In this document: positions 1 to 10,751 of the stretch, one piece after another | How positions within the stretch are numbered: position 1 is the first letter of the stretch | How the letters are laid out: every line of letters starts with the position of its first letter | NCBI GenBank assembly: GCA_965261345.1 | Contig: OZ253449.1 | Span: 1,376,001 to 1,440,000, forward strand | Source: Chloroflexota bacterium | GTDB taxonomy: Bacteria > Chloroflexota > UBA11872 > VXNJ01 | DNA: 64,000 bases | Direction: 5' to 3' | Position numbers and translations under genes: made by a program | The notes under the pieces: generated by a model | Database searches by the model: none | The model's input: the letters and a program-made list of their open reading frames with translations, nothing else | Told to the model about the DNA's origin: nothing

Positions 1-279
1 AAATTGTGCGACGCTTCAGATTCAAATCCGATTCCTGCCGACACATTCTGGTCAAACTCGTTAGTACTTTGGGGGGCCGATTTACAGGAAGTGGTTAGCA
101 ATGAGATTGGGATCGAACATTGGCGTCGAATCAAACAATCCTGCGAACAGGAATTCGGATTCGTGGGGCAGATGTCTAAAAACCCGCTGTTCATCGCCAG
201 TATTGTTAATCGAGCGTGGGGCGAAAACAAAAAGTCGCCGAGCTTGGAGAGGTTTTGTCGAATGCTTGTCGCTGACTGA
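1..279 (+). CDS. 3' end of an unidentified ORF, probably running in from outside the window
   Basis: Open frame from the window edge to TGA at 277-279 in a visibly AT-richer stretch; no motif recognised. Confidence 0.3.
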   Translation, partial: KLCDASDSNPIPADTFWSNSLVLWGADLQEVVSNEIGIEHWRRIKQSCEQEFGFVGQMSKNPLFIASIVNRAWGENKKSPSLERFCRMLVAD

Positions 280-699
280 ATCTGGTATCTGGCTGGCGTG
301 CGTGCCGGATCACCGCTGCAGATCTCAGAAAAAACACGCGAAGCGCCTTTCCGTTGCAATCCCGTCGAAAATCGATTTGATTGGGTGAGCACAGAATCTA
401 TGGCCAAACATAATGAGATTTATCAAACCTTGATCAATGACACGGAGTTTGGCCGGACGCAGTTTTCACCGTTTTTGTGATTCAAGCAAAGTCGTTTCGC
501 ATCTGATCCGGAACCGCATGGGATAGTCCCACCGACGAATCAATGTGATCCGGTTACGAGTGGCGACATGCTTGCCCGCGCGGATTGAGCGCGACCTTTA
601 AATTAGCTTCTATTGCATTGACCGGGACAAATCGCCTGCTAGGTATGAAGAAGTTCGCCGATCACTCTGGCAACAACTTTCCAGTTGAACCACTTGTCG

Positions 700-1828
700 C
701 TATATTCCCTCAAGCAATCGGAGTCGATCGACCAGCAATCTGGCATCGTCCAGAATCGCTTGCTGGTGTGGTTGTAGGTCCTGGCCTCCCGCCGCCGAAA
801 CGTGTTCCGCGTATGGGTCGCCCGCGATCGATCTCTTGCCCTTAAGTTCCTCCATCACGGCGAGACCGCAGAAAGGAACGTAGATCGGGCTGTAACCACC
901 CTCGTGGCTGAGCACCAGTCGACCCGAACAAAGCTCGTCGGCAGCTCCTAAAAGCAGCCGCGTCATCTCCCGGAAGGTCCCGGAGTAGGCCATCATCCGA
1001 GCCAGCGGGTCGAAATTGCTGGCATCGAACCCGGACGGAACGATGATCAGATCCGGTTTGTATGCCCGCAATGCCGGGACCACCACCTGGCGGATGGCCT
1101 CGACATAGGCCCCGTGTCCGCTGCCGGGCGGGAGCGGAATGTTGATGTTGTAACCCTCACCGTCACCGTTGCCTTGCTCATTCATCGCGCCGCTGCCGCG
1201 CGGATAGCTCTGGTCCTGGTGAATCGACATCGTGGAGCACGTCGTTGCGGTCGTAGAACGCTTGCTGGGTGCCGTTGCCGTGGTGCACATCCCAATCCAC
1301 GGTTGCCACCTTGCTAAGGCCGCGTTCAGTTAGCGCATGCATCGCCGCGATTGCGACGTTGCCAAAGATGCAGAATCCGCGACCGCGATCGCGCTCAGCA
1401 TGATGCCCTGGGGGACGGACCAGCGCATAGGCGTTGTCAACCTGTCCATCGAGCACGGCGTCGACCGCCGTGATCGCGCCTCCGGCGGCAAGCAGCGCGA
1501 TCTCGAAGCTGCCCTGCGAGACCGGCGCTCCCTCGCCGGCCTCACCACCGTCTGCGGCCGAAAGCTGTCGTATCCGGTCGACGTACTCGGACGTGTGGAA
1601 CCGCAGCACCTGCTCAATGCCGGCTGGCCGGGGTTTTAGTGGGACCAGCTCTTTTGAGAATCCCGAAATCTCCAACAGGTTGTTAAAGCGGCGCTTGGTT
1701 TCGGGATTCTCGTAGTGTTCCCAGGCCTGGATCCAGCGTCGCAATTCGGGGTCACCCTGCCGCCATCGGCCCGTGTCATGCCAGAGATAGGACTCGTGAA
1801 AAACCCATCCAGTGCGGCGCTCAATCAT
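700..1828 (-). CDS. Class II histone deacetylase-like amidohydrolase (HDAH), one +1 frameshift near 1234
   Basis: RPPGHHA, GFCIFGN and VDWDVHHGNGTQ in ORF 1178..1828; SIHQ, GFDASNFDPL and HEGGY in ORF 700..1290; removing one C in GTGCTCCACGATG restores VLTMSIHQ; AAGGA RBS upstream. Confidence 0.9.
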
Positions 1829-2222
1829 TGTGATTCCTTGCGGTCTTTTGCAGGCACATTCAAATTCCGAGGCAGTCTAGTTGGCGCTGAAATTGCGCGC
1901 GTACCCGGAACGGCCGTCCCCGGAAACGGCGATTCCCAATTCTTGTCCCGGTCACAGAACAATCGATCCAGGGCCACTTCGAACGATTTCAGATCGACTG
2001 TGGCTGGCCTGCAATAGCATCATTTCAGAGTTGTTGATTTATAGGTTTGCGAAGCCAATACTCGAGCCCGTCATCGATCTCTTCTTTCTTCCAGCACACC
2101 AATGATGTGCGCATTGGAGTCGCCGATCTGGGCAAAGCTGCCGATGCCGGGGTACGTGACCGGCTGCCCAATGGATTCAGTGCCAAGTCATTTGGCATTG
2201 TCACTGGTTGCCCGGACATCGC
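1790..2222. repeat. Diverged duplication copy A (HDAH start, intergenic region, VOC 3' relic); copy B at about 3420..3853
   Basis: Direct sequence alignment: 1955..2015 vs 3586..3645 differ at about 3 positions; GGGCAAAGCTGCCGATGCCGGG and TTGCCCGGACATCG are shared. Confidence 0.85.
1986..2014 (-). promoter_or_regulatory. Putative sigma70-type promoter for the HDAH gene
   Basis: Minus strand TTGCAG-17 nt-TGAAAT; conserved in copy B as TTGCAG-17 nt-TGCAAT. Confidence 0.35.
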
Positions 2223-2374
2223 CTGCCGCTGCGCCAGCGGTAACCGATCAACCTGGGTGGACGCGGATCGCCGGCGAGGGCGGTCGCAATGGACGCGGAA
2301 GCGGGGTTCGTGGCGGCAATTCAGCCTGATCCGGACCGATTAAACGGGTCGGTGAAATATGCGGGCTGGGAGGA

Positions 2375-3091
2375 TCAGGCTAGCAACCGTCGAGTCAGGT
2401 CCGGGTAGTCGGTCGCGTTTACGGTAAATGACGGATCGGGCGACATTTCGATGTCATTGCCCTCTCCGTACTCACCGGTGATGGGCACGTATGCGGTTGG
2501 CATACCGGCACGTGCGGCAGCCATCAGGTCGTGTTTGTGCGCGGCACACATCATCACTTCGGAGATGTCGAGACCGAGGTACTTCGCGCTGGCCTGATAC
2601 GCTTCGGGTTCGGGTTTGTAGTGTCCCAGGAACTCGCAACTGAGGATGCCGTCCCAGCTAATCCCGTTGTGCTTGCTGCAGTCGACCGCGATCGCCCACG
2701 ACATAACGGTCAGCACCGTGACCTTGTAGCGCGAGCGCAACGCCTCAATCGCCTCCACCGAACCGGGCCAGGCATTCATCCGGTGCCAGACCTGGTTGAG
2801 CTCGTCGCGCTCGTTTAAGTCGAGCTGGAGTTGCGGGTGCGCCTCCATCACCTCGTCGAGGACGCGGCGGTGCACCTGGTCGGCGTTGAGCCACGGCAGG
2901 TCGCCGCGACGCACCAATTGGAGACGCTCAAACATGCGCGAGCGCCACATGTTGGCGAACTTCGGCCCGTCGAGTTCAACGCCCTGCGCATCGGCAATGG
3001 CCGTTACTTCGCCACGAATCGCGTGATGCCAGTCAAAGACAGTGCCGCCGATATCCCAGGCGAGCGCCTTCACGTTGCTCAAGTCGGTCAT
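2375..3091 (-). CDS. HAD-superfamily haloacid dehalogenase type II-like hydrolase
   Basis: WDIGGTVFDW motif I, YKPEPEAY, MCAAHKHDLMAA; AAGGAG RBS before MTDLSNV. Confidence 0.9.
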   Translation of the reverse strand: MTDLSNVKALAWDIGGTVFDWHHAIRGEVTAIADAQGVELDGPKFANMWRSRMFERLQLVRRGDLPWLNADQVHRRVLDEVMEAHPQLQLDLNERDELNQVWHRMNAWPGSVEAIEALRSRYKVTVLTVMSWAIAVDCSKHNGISWDGILSCEFLGHYKPEPEAYQASAKYLGLDISEVMMCAAHKHDLMAAARAGMPTAYVPITGEYGEGNDIEMSPDPSFTVNATDYPDLTRRLLA

Positions 3092-3289
3092 GTCGATCTC
3101 CTTGCGATTGAGGGTTGCGAACTTCAAGGTAGCGCTCCGAGCTGCTCCCGCACTGCGGGCAGGACCTTAAGCGCGACGCGGCCGGCACAACCATCCTGGG
3201 CATTCTCGGGCGAGGATGGAACGGGAATCAGATGTGGGCAACGTGGTCAAAAAATATTGCTTGGGCTGCCAGCCTCGCTCGGGACTGCG

Positions 3290-3460
3290 ACGAGTTGCTC
3301 AACCACTCGCCTCGATGCGGCCTTCATGCTTCACGCGTCGGCGTGAGCCTTGCCCAAGAAAGTTGACCGCGCGATCTGCCTTGATCAGGTTGGGATCGTG
3401 GTGGAAGTCCCGCCGGAGACAGGACTGGTGAAAAACCCATCCGGTGCGGCGATCAGGTTG
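3290..3460 (-). pseudogene. N-terminal relic of a second HDAH paralog
   Basis: RRTGWVFHQSCL...RRRVKHEGRIEASG resembles RRTGWVFHESYL...KRRFNNLLEISG of the gene starting at 1828. Confidence 0.7.
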
Positions 3461-3690
3461 TCGTTCCCTCGCGTTCTTGGCGGCTGCTGCCTGATTCCGC
3501 GGCAATCTTGTTGGCGCACACATTAGTGTGAGTGCCCAGATCGACCGTCCTCGGAAAAGGCGTTTCTCGATTTTTGCCCCGATCGCAGAACTATCGATCC
3601 AGGGCCCTTCGAACGATTGCAGATCGACTGTGGCTGGCCTGCAATTGCACCGCTCCAAAATTTGTTGATCTTGAACATTTGCCGAGCCAC

Positions 3691-4461
3691 CTAACCACGC
3701 CCATCTTCGATCTCGGTTTCCTGCATTACGCCGATGGTGTGCCCATCGGGGTCACTGATATGGGCAAAGCTGCCGATGCCGGGAACGGTGATCGGCAGCC
3801 CGGCGGATTTGGCGCCCAGTCTCCTGGCCTTATCAATAGTTGCCCGGACATCGTCCACCGCAACGTAAACCGTCAGGATTCTGGGGTCATCGATTCCAGC
3901 CTGGACAATGCCGCCGTCAATTCCCTCTTTGCCGCCGGTTTGAACCATCGGGTAGTTGTTGGGGGTGTCGGTATCAATTCGCCAATCGAATAGCGACGTG
4001 TAGAAATCGTGCAGCCGCTCTGCGTTCGCGGCCGAAATTTCCCAGTGGATGACCGGATTTCCCTGCTCGCCTTCTCGCGCCTGGCTGGCGGCCTGCTCGT
4101 CCCAATCAGGCGGGGGTTCGATAACTCCGATCAGAAAGCCTTCCGGGTCGGCGATTTGGGCAAAGGTGCCCACAGCCGGGATAGGCGTGGGCGGCGAAGC
4201 GATCGTGGCGCCCAAGTTTTCAGCTGTAGCCAGGGTTGCCCGCAGGTCCTTAACCACCACATAAAAGGTAAGAAACGGTGAAGTAGATTCATCGATTTGG
4301 ACAATTCCGCCGTTAATGCCGAGTTTGCTGTTGGTGTAGACGACGCTGTATTCCATCGACGATTGCTTTTCGATTCGCCAGCCGAAAAGTCCGGTGTAAA
4401 ACTTGCCCAACCGCCCGGCGTCGTGAGTTCCAAGCTCCCAGTGGACTACGAGATTGGCCAT
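3691..4461 (-). CDS. VOC (glyoxalase/bleomycin-resistance) family protein with two tandem domains
   Basis: Duplicated VVHWEL/VIHWEI..FYT.LF.W and GTFAQIADPEG/GSFAHISDPDG motifs; start MANLVVH with GGGG RBS. Confidence 0.9.
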   Translation of the reverse strand: MANLVVHWELGTHDAGRLGKFYTGLFGWRIEKQSSMEYSVVYTNSKLGINGGIVQIDESTSPFLTFYVVVKDLRATLATAENLGATIASPPTPIPAVGTFAQIADPEGFLIGVIEPPPDWDEQAASQAREGEQGNPVIHWEISAANAERLHDFYTSLFDWRIDTDTPNNYPMVQTGGKEGIDGGIVQAGIDDPRILTVYVAVDDVRATIDKARRLGAKSAGLPITVPGIGSFAHISDPDGHTIGVMQETEIEDGRG

Positions 4462-4785
4462 ACTAACGCCCCCATTGGCGCGATCAAAGTTTTCGTGGTT
4501 CCAGTTTCTCAATGCGTGATTGCAGTCCCATCCCACTGTGCGCAAGATCGGCCGACGCTGTGTGGGTGCCGTATCCCTCGACATTGCCTCGATTGCGCCG
4601 CGGCGCATCCCCAACGCCCTCAACGCCAAACGTGCAATTGCCGGGCAGAAGTTGAATTCGGGCGCCGCCGGACAAAATTTATGGGCCGGATAACGCAGCC
4701 ATAAGGGCAACATCCCGCATGGCGCATTGGACGAAATTGACCCGTAGTTTATTGCCGGTCTGGATTGGAGTCGGCTAAGCCGGAT

Positions 4786-5739
4786 ATGGCCGCTGATCCG
4801 CAGATTTCTTTCGACGCCAGGCGTGCCCGGGAAGTCCTCGACCGAGTCGCTCCCGGACACCGCTTCCTGTCCACGGCGCCGGCACCGGCGGCGTTTACAA
4901 ATCAAGTTCATCTTTTGGATGGCCTATCTCCCGGTGGCGCTCGCATTCGCCTTGTGGTCAAACAATTGACCGAATCTCGCGATCCTGTGCGTGCAATCGC
5001 TGAATTTCACGGACTTCAAATTGCCCTTCGGCGCGGCGTGCCCGCGCCCACCCCGCTGCTCTTGGACGCTAGCGGCGAGATCCTGGGTGTTCCGGGAATC
5101 GTTACCACCTTTGTCGAGGGTGTCCAGATTGCAAGCCCCAAAAATGTGGCTTCCTGGGCCGAACGTCAGGCGGATATCCTGCTCCGGATCCATGCAATCA
5201 ACCCGTCGCCCGATGAAAGACGCAACCTATACGATGGCAACGAAATCGGCCTGTACCTTCTGGATGGTCACTGGCCCGAGAAAAATGCCGGACACCCGCT
5301 GTCCGAAACGATCTATTCGGCGGTTCGGGAACTAAGACCCGGTATCAGAAAGTCCTCGTCCGCGCTCTTGCATGTTGATTACTGGCCTGGCAACGTTCTC
5401 TGGCGCAATGGGCAAATCGCGGCGGTCCTAGATTGGGATGGCGCGGCAGTGGGGGAACCCGCCCTGGACGTGGCCTATTTCAGGATGGACATGCATCTGC
5501 GCGGCATCAGAGAAGCCGCGGACATCTTTCTCAACCGCTACGAGGCTGGTGCCGGCAGGGTGCAGGACCTGGGTTTTTGGGAGCTCGCCGCCGCCGCCCG
5601 CCCACTTCCGAATCCGGTGGCCTGGATCCCCGCCGCGCGGCACATGGGCAACCGTGGCGCGACCGATCAAAAAGCGGTCCGCGACTACTTCGATTTTGTT
5701 GCCGCAGCGATCGAAAGATCCCACAGCGATCGGACGTGA
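4786..5739 (+). CDS. Aminoglycoside phosphotransferase/choline kinase-like (APH) family protein
   Basis: Brenner-type motif LLHVDYWPGNVL, plus VLDWD and GEPALDVA. Confidence 0.85.
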   Translation: MAADPQISFDARRAREVLDRVAPGHRFLSTAPAPAAFTNQVHLLDGLSPGGARIRLVVKQLTESRDPVRAIAEFHGLQIALRRGVPAPTPLLLDASGEILGVPGIVTTFVEGVQIASPKNVASWAERQADILLRIHAINPSPDERRNLYDGNEIGLYLLDGHWPEKNAGHPLSETIYSAVRELRPGIRKSSSALLHVDYWPGNVLWRNGQIAAVLDWDGAAVGEPALDVAYFRMDMHLRGIREAADIFLNRYEAGAGRVQDLGFWELAAAARPLPNPVAWIPAARHMGNRGATDQKAVRDYFDFVAAAIERSHSDRT

Positions 5740-5868
5740 ATTTTGCGGTGACCCAATCTTGGGGATACGCTTGACCCCCGATTGCTATTCGCTCGGATAA
5801 CTGGTGCTTGAACAAGCACTAGGTCCGCTGCCGTGACTGAAGGTTGATGCAGGCTGGGAATGGTTCGC

Positions 5869-6150
5869 TCAGCTTAAAAATTCACGCAATAGCGGCAGGA
5901 TCCGCTCGGGTGCTTCCTCGGCCACGAAATGGCCCACTTCTTCGAATTCGTGGACCTGGGCGTTGCTCAATTTGCCCGTCGAGCGGTTAAATTCCTTCCT
6001 GCGAAATGCAATGTCGCGCGTCCCCCACAAGATAAGCGCGGGTTTGGCGCTGAACGCTGCCCGTTTGCCCCATATCGGCCGAAGCCAGTCGGTCGCGTCA
6101 AGGATGTAACCCGGGAACGCCGCGCAGGCGGCAATTTTTAATGCGTTTAA
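5869..6150 (-). pseudogene. C-terminal fragment of an alpha/beta hydrolase (haloalkane dehalogenase/OleB-like)
   Basis: KPALILWGTRDIAF...GHFVAEEAPE (catalytic His region); no N-terminus adjacent. Confidence 0.75.
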
Positions 6151-6249
6151 TCGCGGTGGGCTTTTTTTGACGGGCTCGCAGCAACGTCTCCGCGGTCCGT
6201 TAGAGCCCTCCGGCGTCGGCACTTACGGCCTCTGGAAGCTCCCTGTACT

Positions 6250-6650
6250 GGATTTAATTGCGCGGGTTTGAGCTTGTGAATTGCGTACTCGGGACCGACG
6301 ATAAAGATGTCGCGTTCGGCTTTGCCGGATTCGCGCAGGCAGTCAAGGGCGCGCGCCGCCGCCTCATCATCGGCCAGCGGCTCGAAGGACAGTCCCAGGG
6401 TCTTCTTGAACTGCTCCTGGGTTTCTAGAGCGTCCACCGAAACCCCCAGGATATTAATCGCGGCGCCGTCAAAACGCGAGTGCAGAGAGCGCAGGACTTC
6501 CATCTCGTGGGTGCAGCCGCTGGTGAATGACTTGGGGTAGAAGGCCAGCAACACGCGGTCTCCGGAGACCGCGTGATCGAGCGAATAATCGCCGCCGCCG
6601 GTGGAAGGAACCTGAAAATCGGGTGCGATGTCACCGATGTCCAATGACGT
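6250..6650 (-). pseudogene. Peroxiredoxin (BCP/PrxQ-like), eroded start and C-terminus
   Basis: IGDIAPDF, AFYPKSFTSGCTHE, ILGVSVD; likely start reads ACG rather than ATG; C-terminus runs into unrelated sequence. Confidence 0.7.
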
Positions 6651-6747
6651 TTCCGATCGTTGAATGGTGGTGAATCGGTTCGGGCCTATTTTCAGGACAA
6701 GGCCCAATCGGCGAGCGCGCCGGGCGACGGCGACCGAATTAGCGAGC

Positions 6748-7737
6748 ATGGGTATGCGGTACGTTTCAATTCCAGGAATCGCCCGGCCGCTGGCGCGGGC
6801 CGTGCTCGGGACCGAGGGCTTTTACCTGGACGATTACGATTTCCGGTCCAGGGTTCTGGACGCCTACCTGGCCGGTGGCGGCAACGTCCTCGACACCGGC
6901 CGAACCTACGGCATCGGCGTGCCGGTCGGCCCCCACGCGCACGGCGAGTCCGAGCAGGTGCTGGGGCGCTGGATGGAGAGCAGGGGCGTCCGCGATCAGG
7001 TGATCGTGAACACCAAGGGAGCGCACCGCCTGCCAATAGGGCGGGGGCTGGCGCGGATGACCAAGGCCTACATCGATTACGACATCCTCACCAGCCTGGA
7101 GCGTCTGCGGACCGATCACATCGATGTGTGGATGTTTCACCGCGACAACCCCAATGTCGAGGTGGCCAAGATCATCGACTGGGTAAATCCGCAAATCGCC
7201 GCCGGGCGGATCAAAGCGGTGGGAGCGTCCAACTGGAGCCTGGATCGATTGGCGGCCGCCAATGCCTACGCCAATGCAAATGGCCTCGAGGGGTTTTCGC
7301 TGCTCTCAAACCAATTCGGGCTCGCCACTCCGGCGGAGCCGCGCTGGCCGGGGACCAGAAATCTTCCCCCCGAGCAGCGGACCCGGCTCGCGGCCCTGGG
7401 GGTGGCCAATCTGGCCTGGTCGGCGCAGTGCTCCGGATTCTTCGCGATCAGCGAGGGGGCGCCGGAGCATCCGGATCCGAACTTTAGGCGCGCCTTCCAT
7501 CGCCCGGAGAACTTCGCCCGCCGCGAGCGCGCCCGCTCCCTGGCGAACGCGCTGGGGTTGGCGCCCACCCAGGTGGCCCTGGCTTACACCCTCAGCCAGG
7601 ACTTTGATTCCCTGGGAGTGTTCTGGGCCGCCAATTCGTCTGAATTGGCGCAGTGTTTGGAGGCCGCCGACGTGGTCCTTTCGCCCGAGCAGCGCCGGTT
7701 CCTTGAGACCGGTCACCCGTTGGAAGGGGGTTCCTAG
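6748..7737 (+). CDS. Aldo/keto reductase (paralog 1)
   Basis: DTGRTY, NTKG, FHRD (D-Y-K-H tetrad), GASNW, QVALAY. Confidence 0.9.
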   Translation: MGMRYVSIPGIARPLARAVLGTEGFYLDDYDFRSRVLDAYLAGGGNVLDTGRTYGIGVPVGPHAHGESEQVLGRWMESRGVRDQVIVNTKGAHRLPIGRGLARMTKAYIDYDILTSLERLRTDHIDVWMFHRDNPNVEVAKIIDWVNPQIAAGRIKAVGASNWSLDRLAAANAYANANGLEGFSLLSNQFGLATPAEPRWPGTRNLPPEQRTRLAALGVANLAWSAQCSGFFAISEGAPEHPDPNFRRAFHRPENFARRERARSLANALGLAPTQVALAYTLSQDFDSLGVFWAANSSELAQCLEAADVVLSPEQRRFLETGHPLEGGS

Positions 7738-7784
7738 ACTTGGCACGTCCGAGGGATCGCCAAATCACCGAGACGGAGCCCCGC

Positions 7785-8426
7785 ATGCCGCGCACGCCTA
7801 CCTTCCCGCCCGGCCAGACGGCACTCTTACTGGTCGACGCTCTGAACGAATTCCTCAAACCCGGCGGGAAACTTTACGAACGGACCAGGGAAACAGCGGA
7901 AGCGGCCAATACTGTCGCCAACCTCAAGCGCGTAACCGCGGCCGCCCGCAAGGCCGGTATATTGATCGTTTACGCGAACCATCACAGCAATCGCGGTGGC
8001 GAATACGACGGCTGGAAGCATCCCGCGCCGGGGCATTTGGGGATCCAGCGGTCGGGCTCGTTTGCACACGGCAGCTTCGGCGTTCAGGTGATCGATGAGG
8101 TCGCGCCGCAGCCGGGGGACGTGATCGCCCAGGAGCACTGGACTTCGAGTGGTTTTGCCAACACGGATCTTGAATTCCTGCTCGGCCAGCACGGGATCGA
8201 ACGGGTAGTGGTTGCGGGCAACCGGGCCAATACCTGCATCGACTCGACCGGCCGTTATGCGGTTGAACTCGGATTCCACGCGACGCTGATCGCTGACGCC
8301 ATCGCCGCTTTCTCGCAGGCCGAGATGGAAGCCACTATAGAAATCAACTGGCCCGCATTCGCGCATGCCGTTATCAGCAGTGAAGAGTTCATTGCGGCGA
8401 TCGGCGCGAACCGCCAGGACAATTAG
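7785..8426 (+). CDS. Isochorismatase-family cysteine hydrolase
   Basis: TALLLVDALNEF, SSGFANTDL, VAGNRANTCIDSTGRYA. Confidence 0.9.
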   Translation: MPRTPTFPPGQTALLLVDALNEFLKPGGKLYERTRETAEAANTVANLKRVTAAARKAGILIVYANHHSNRGGEYDGWKHPAPGHLGIQRSGSFAHGSFGVQVIDEVAPQPGDVIAQEHWTSSGFANTDLEFLLGQHGIERVVVAGNRANTCIDSTGRYAVELGFHATLIADAIAAFSQAEMEATIEINWPAFAHAVISSEEFIAAIGANRQDN

Positions 8427-8590
8427 CCGGGGCAAGGTAGAGACTACCGGCCCCAGCCTCGCCGGTTGCGCGGCGCGGCAGCAAGATCTTTCGCCGGCAA
8501 TCCTCCAATCCAGGTTGGCCTGCCGGCTAAGTGGCGGCAAAATTTAAGTCCAGATGTGGGATTGCGCTCAAGTCGCAGGGGAAGACGCCG

Positions 8591-9544
8591 ATGCGGTTCA
8601 CCAGTATTGCCGGGATCAACCGGCCGGTTTCAAGGGTGGCGCTCGGCACCGAGGACTATTACCTCGACCAGTTCGACCACCATGCCCGAATCCTCGACGC
8701 CTGGATATCCGGAGGCGGCAACGCCATTGATACGGCGCGAATGTACGCAACCCGCGACGGGGTGCCCAATTCGGAACTGGTCGTCGGGAAGTGGATGGCC
8801 GAACGGGGAAATCGCAGCCAGATCACGGTAATCACGAAGGGCGCCCACTCGCGCGCGGGTGACAACTCGGGATTGGGTTGGGTGAGCAGCGAAGTCATCG
8901 ACAGCGATGTCGCCAACAGCCTTGAAGCGCTCGGCAGCGACTACATCGACATCTGGCTCTTCCACCGCGATAACCCCAAGGTCGAGGTGGCTCCGATCAT
9001 GGACTGCATCAATTCCCACATCGCCGCTGGCAAGATCCGCGCGATTGGGGCCTCCAACTGGACCCTGGACCGTTTCGAGGAAGCCAACCGCTACGCTTCC
9101 GACAATGGGATGCAGGGCTTTTCGCTGCTTTCGAACCACTTCGGCCTGGCGACGCAGCAGTCCCCGCGCTGGCCGGGTTGCGTGAGCCTGCTGCCCGAAC
9201 AGCGGCGACGCCTGATCGCCACCGGAAGGCCTAACCTGGCCTGGTCCTCGCAGTGCGGTGGCTTCTTTGCCGGGATTTATGACCCCGCCGATCGCTCCAA
9301 CGAGCCGATGGCCAACACCTACTTTTCGGAAGAGAACTGGGCCCGGTTGGCAAGGGCCCAACGGTTGGCGGGCGAGGTCGGAGTTTCACCGATGCAGGTG
9401 GCGCTGGCATACACGCTTTGCCAGGATTTTGATTCGCTGGGCGTGTTCTGGTCGGCCAACGAGCGCGAACTCGCAGAGACTCTGTCCGCGGTCGACCTGG
9501 TGCTTTCGCCGGCCCAGATCGCCTTTCTGGAAGGCGGGGACTGA
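8591..9544 (+). CDS. Aldo/keto reductase (paralog 2)
   Basis: DTARMY, ITKG, FHRD, GASNW; collinear with 6748..7737 (shared QDFDSLGVFW). Confidence 0.9.
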   Translation: MRFTSIAGINRPVSRVALGTEDYYLDQFDHHARILDAWISGGGNAIDTARMYATRDGVPNSELVVGKWMAERGNRSQITVITKGAHSRAGDNSGLGWVSSEVIDSDVANSLEALGSDYIDIWLFHRDNPKVEVAPIMDCINSHIAAGKIRAIGASNWTLDRFEEANRYASDNGMQGFSLLSNHFGLATQQSPRWPGCVSLLPEQRRRLIATGRPNLAWSSQCGGFFAGIYDPADRSNEPMANTYFSEENWARLARAQRLAGEVGVSPMQVALAYTLCQDFDSLGVFWSANERELAETLSAVDLVLSPAQIAFLEGGD

Positions 9545-9557
9545 GGGCGCGGCGCTG

Positions 9558-10085
9558 TCAGGTTCGCCAGGCTGCTCGGGTCAGGGCCATCTTCGAGGTC
9601 GGGCCGGCGTCGACGTAGCGGATCTCGCCGCTGATGTAACCGGCGTCGGGATCGGCCAGGAACGCGGCCGTGCGCCCGGTGACGTTAGCGTCGCCGAGCT
9701 TGCCATTGGGGACGGTTGAGGCCATCGTCGCCTTGTCGGCGCCGACGCGGTCGGAGCGGGGAACGTATTTCGTGCCTGGGGCGATTACGTTTGCGTTGAT
9801 GTCGTGCGGGCCGAGCTCGACCGCCAGTCCGAGCGTGAATTCGTTGATCCCGCCCTTGGTGGTCCCGTAAAGAACCATGCTGGGAATGTGCTGGACCCCG
9901 TGCACCGAGGCGATGTTGATGATGCGGCCAACCCCGCGTTCGATCATCACCGGGGCCGCCGCTAGGTCGGTGATGAACATCGAGCGCAGGTTTATCGATA
10001 GGAGGTCGCCCCAGTCGTGTTCGGTGTATTCGGCGAACGGCCGCGCCATGTTGCCGCCGTGAGCGACCAGGTCTATCCGCAGGAA
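9558..10085 (-). pseudogene. Short-chain dehydrogenase/reductase lacking the N-terminal Rossmann motif
   Basis: GRIINIAS, YGTTK (YxxxK), NVIAPG, YISGE; no TGxxxGxG upstream. Confidence 0.75.
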
Positions 10086-10130
10086 GCCGGGCTCGGGGCC
10101 ATGCCAATGGAATGCCGACAAGACGGTGAT

Positions 10131-10203
10131 CTCCCCCTAGCTCAGGGGAAGGAGCAGTGGTTTCCTCAACCAAGCGCGCGGGTTCGAATCCCGCTGGGGG
10201 ACC
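10131..10203 (+). tRNA. Degenerate (probably pseudo) tRNA-Arg, anticodon CCT
   Basis: TAGCTCAG D-arm start, GCTC/GAGC D stem, TGGT-TTCCTCA-ACCA anticodon arm, GCGGG-TTCGAAT-CCCGC T arm, TCCCCC/GGGGGA acceptor with mismatches; C at position 37; no CCA. Confidence 0.7.
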
Positions 10204-10751
10204 GAGTGGGACAAAATCCGATTCGGCGAATCCTTCGTTGGTTGCGCGATCTGCCGACCGGGCAGCCGAGTTCATTGGAGTCGGCCTGACGGACGCCCCG
10301 TCAAAGCCCTGCCGGATGTCTCGGTGCAGCGCACCCCGGTTTTATCTCAGGCGACTCCATAGGCGGCGATCTTGAATGGGGCCCGCCCACCCCGGTCCAC
10401 CATTTCTTGGTGGTGACGTCTGGACTCCCGCTGAGCGCCCGTCGGCTAGCGGACTGGCGAAGCGACGCCGTAATCATCCGGGAATTCGTGACGCCCAGAC
10501 GCGACGGTAGCGGGTGCGGTAACGCCGCCTTCCGACCGGATCGCATTGGCCCATCGGCAGGCGTTGAGCCTACCTTTGCCACACCCCGCGACGGTGTCAT
10601 TTTGGGCGCCCTCGCCTTCGCGTTCGTGCGAAGGCGTGCTGCTGACGGCGCCGTCTTCGTTGATAGCGGCCGCTGCCAAACGTATGATCGGGCCAGTGCG
10701 ATTCTGGCGAATATCGTGTCTTAACGGAGCCAGCCCGGGCGGAGGTGCACT

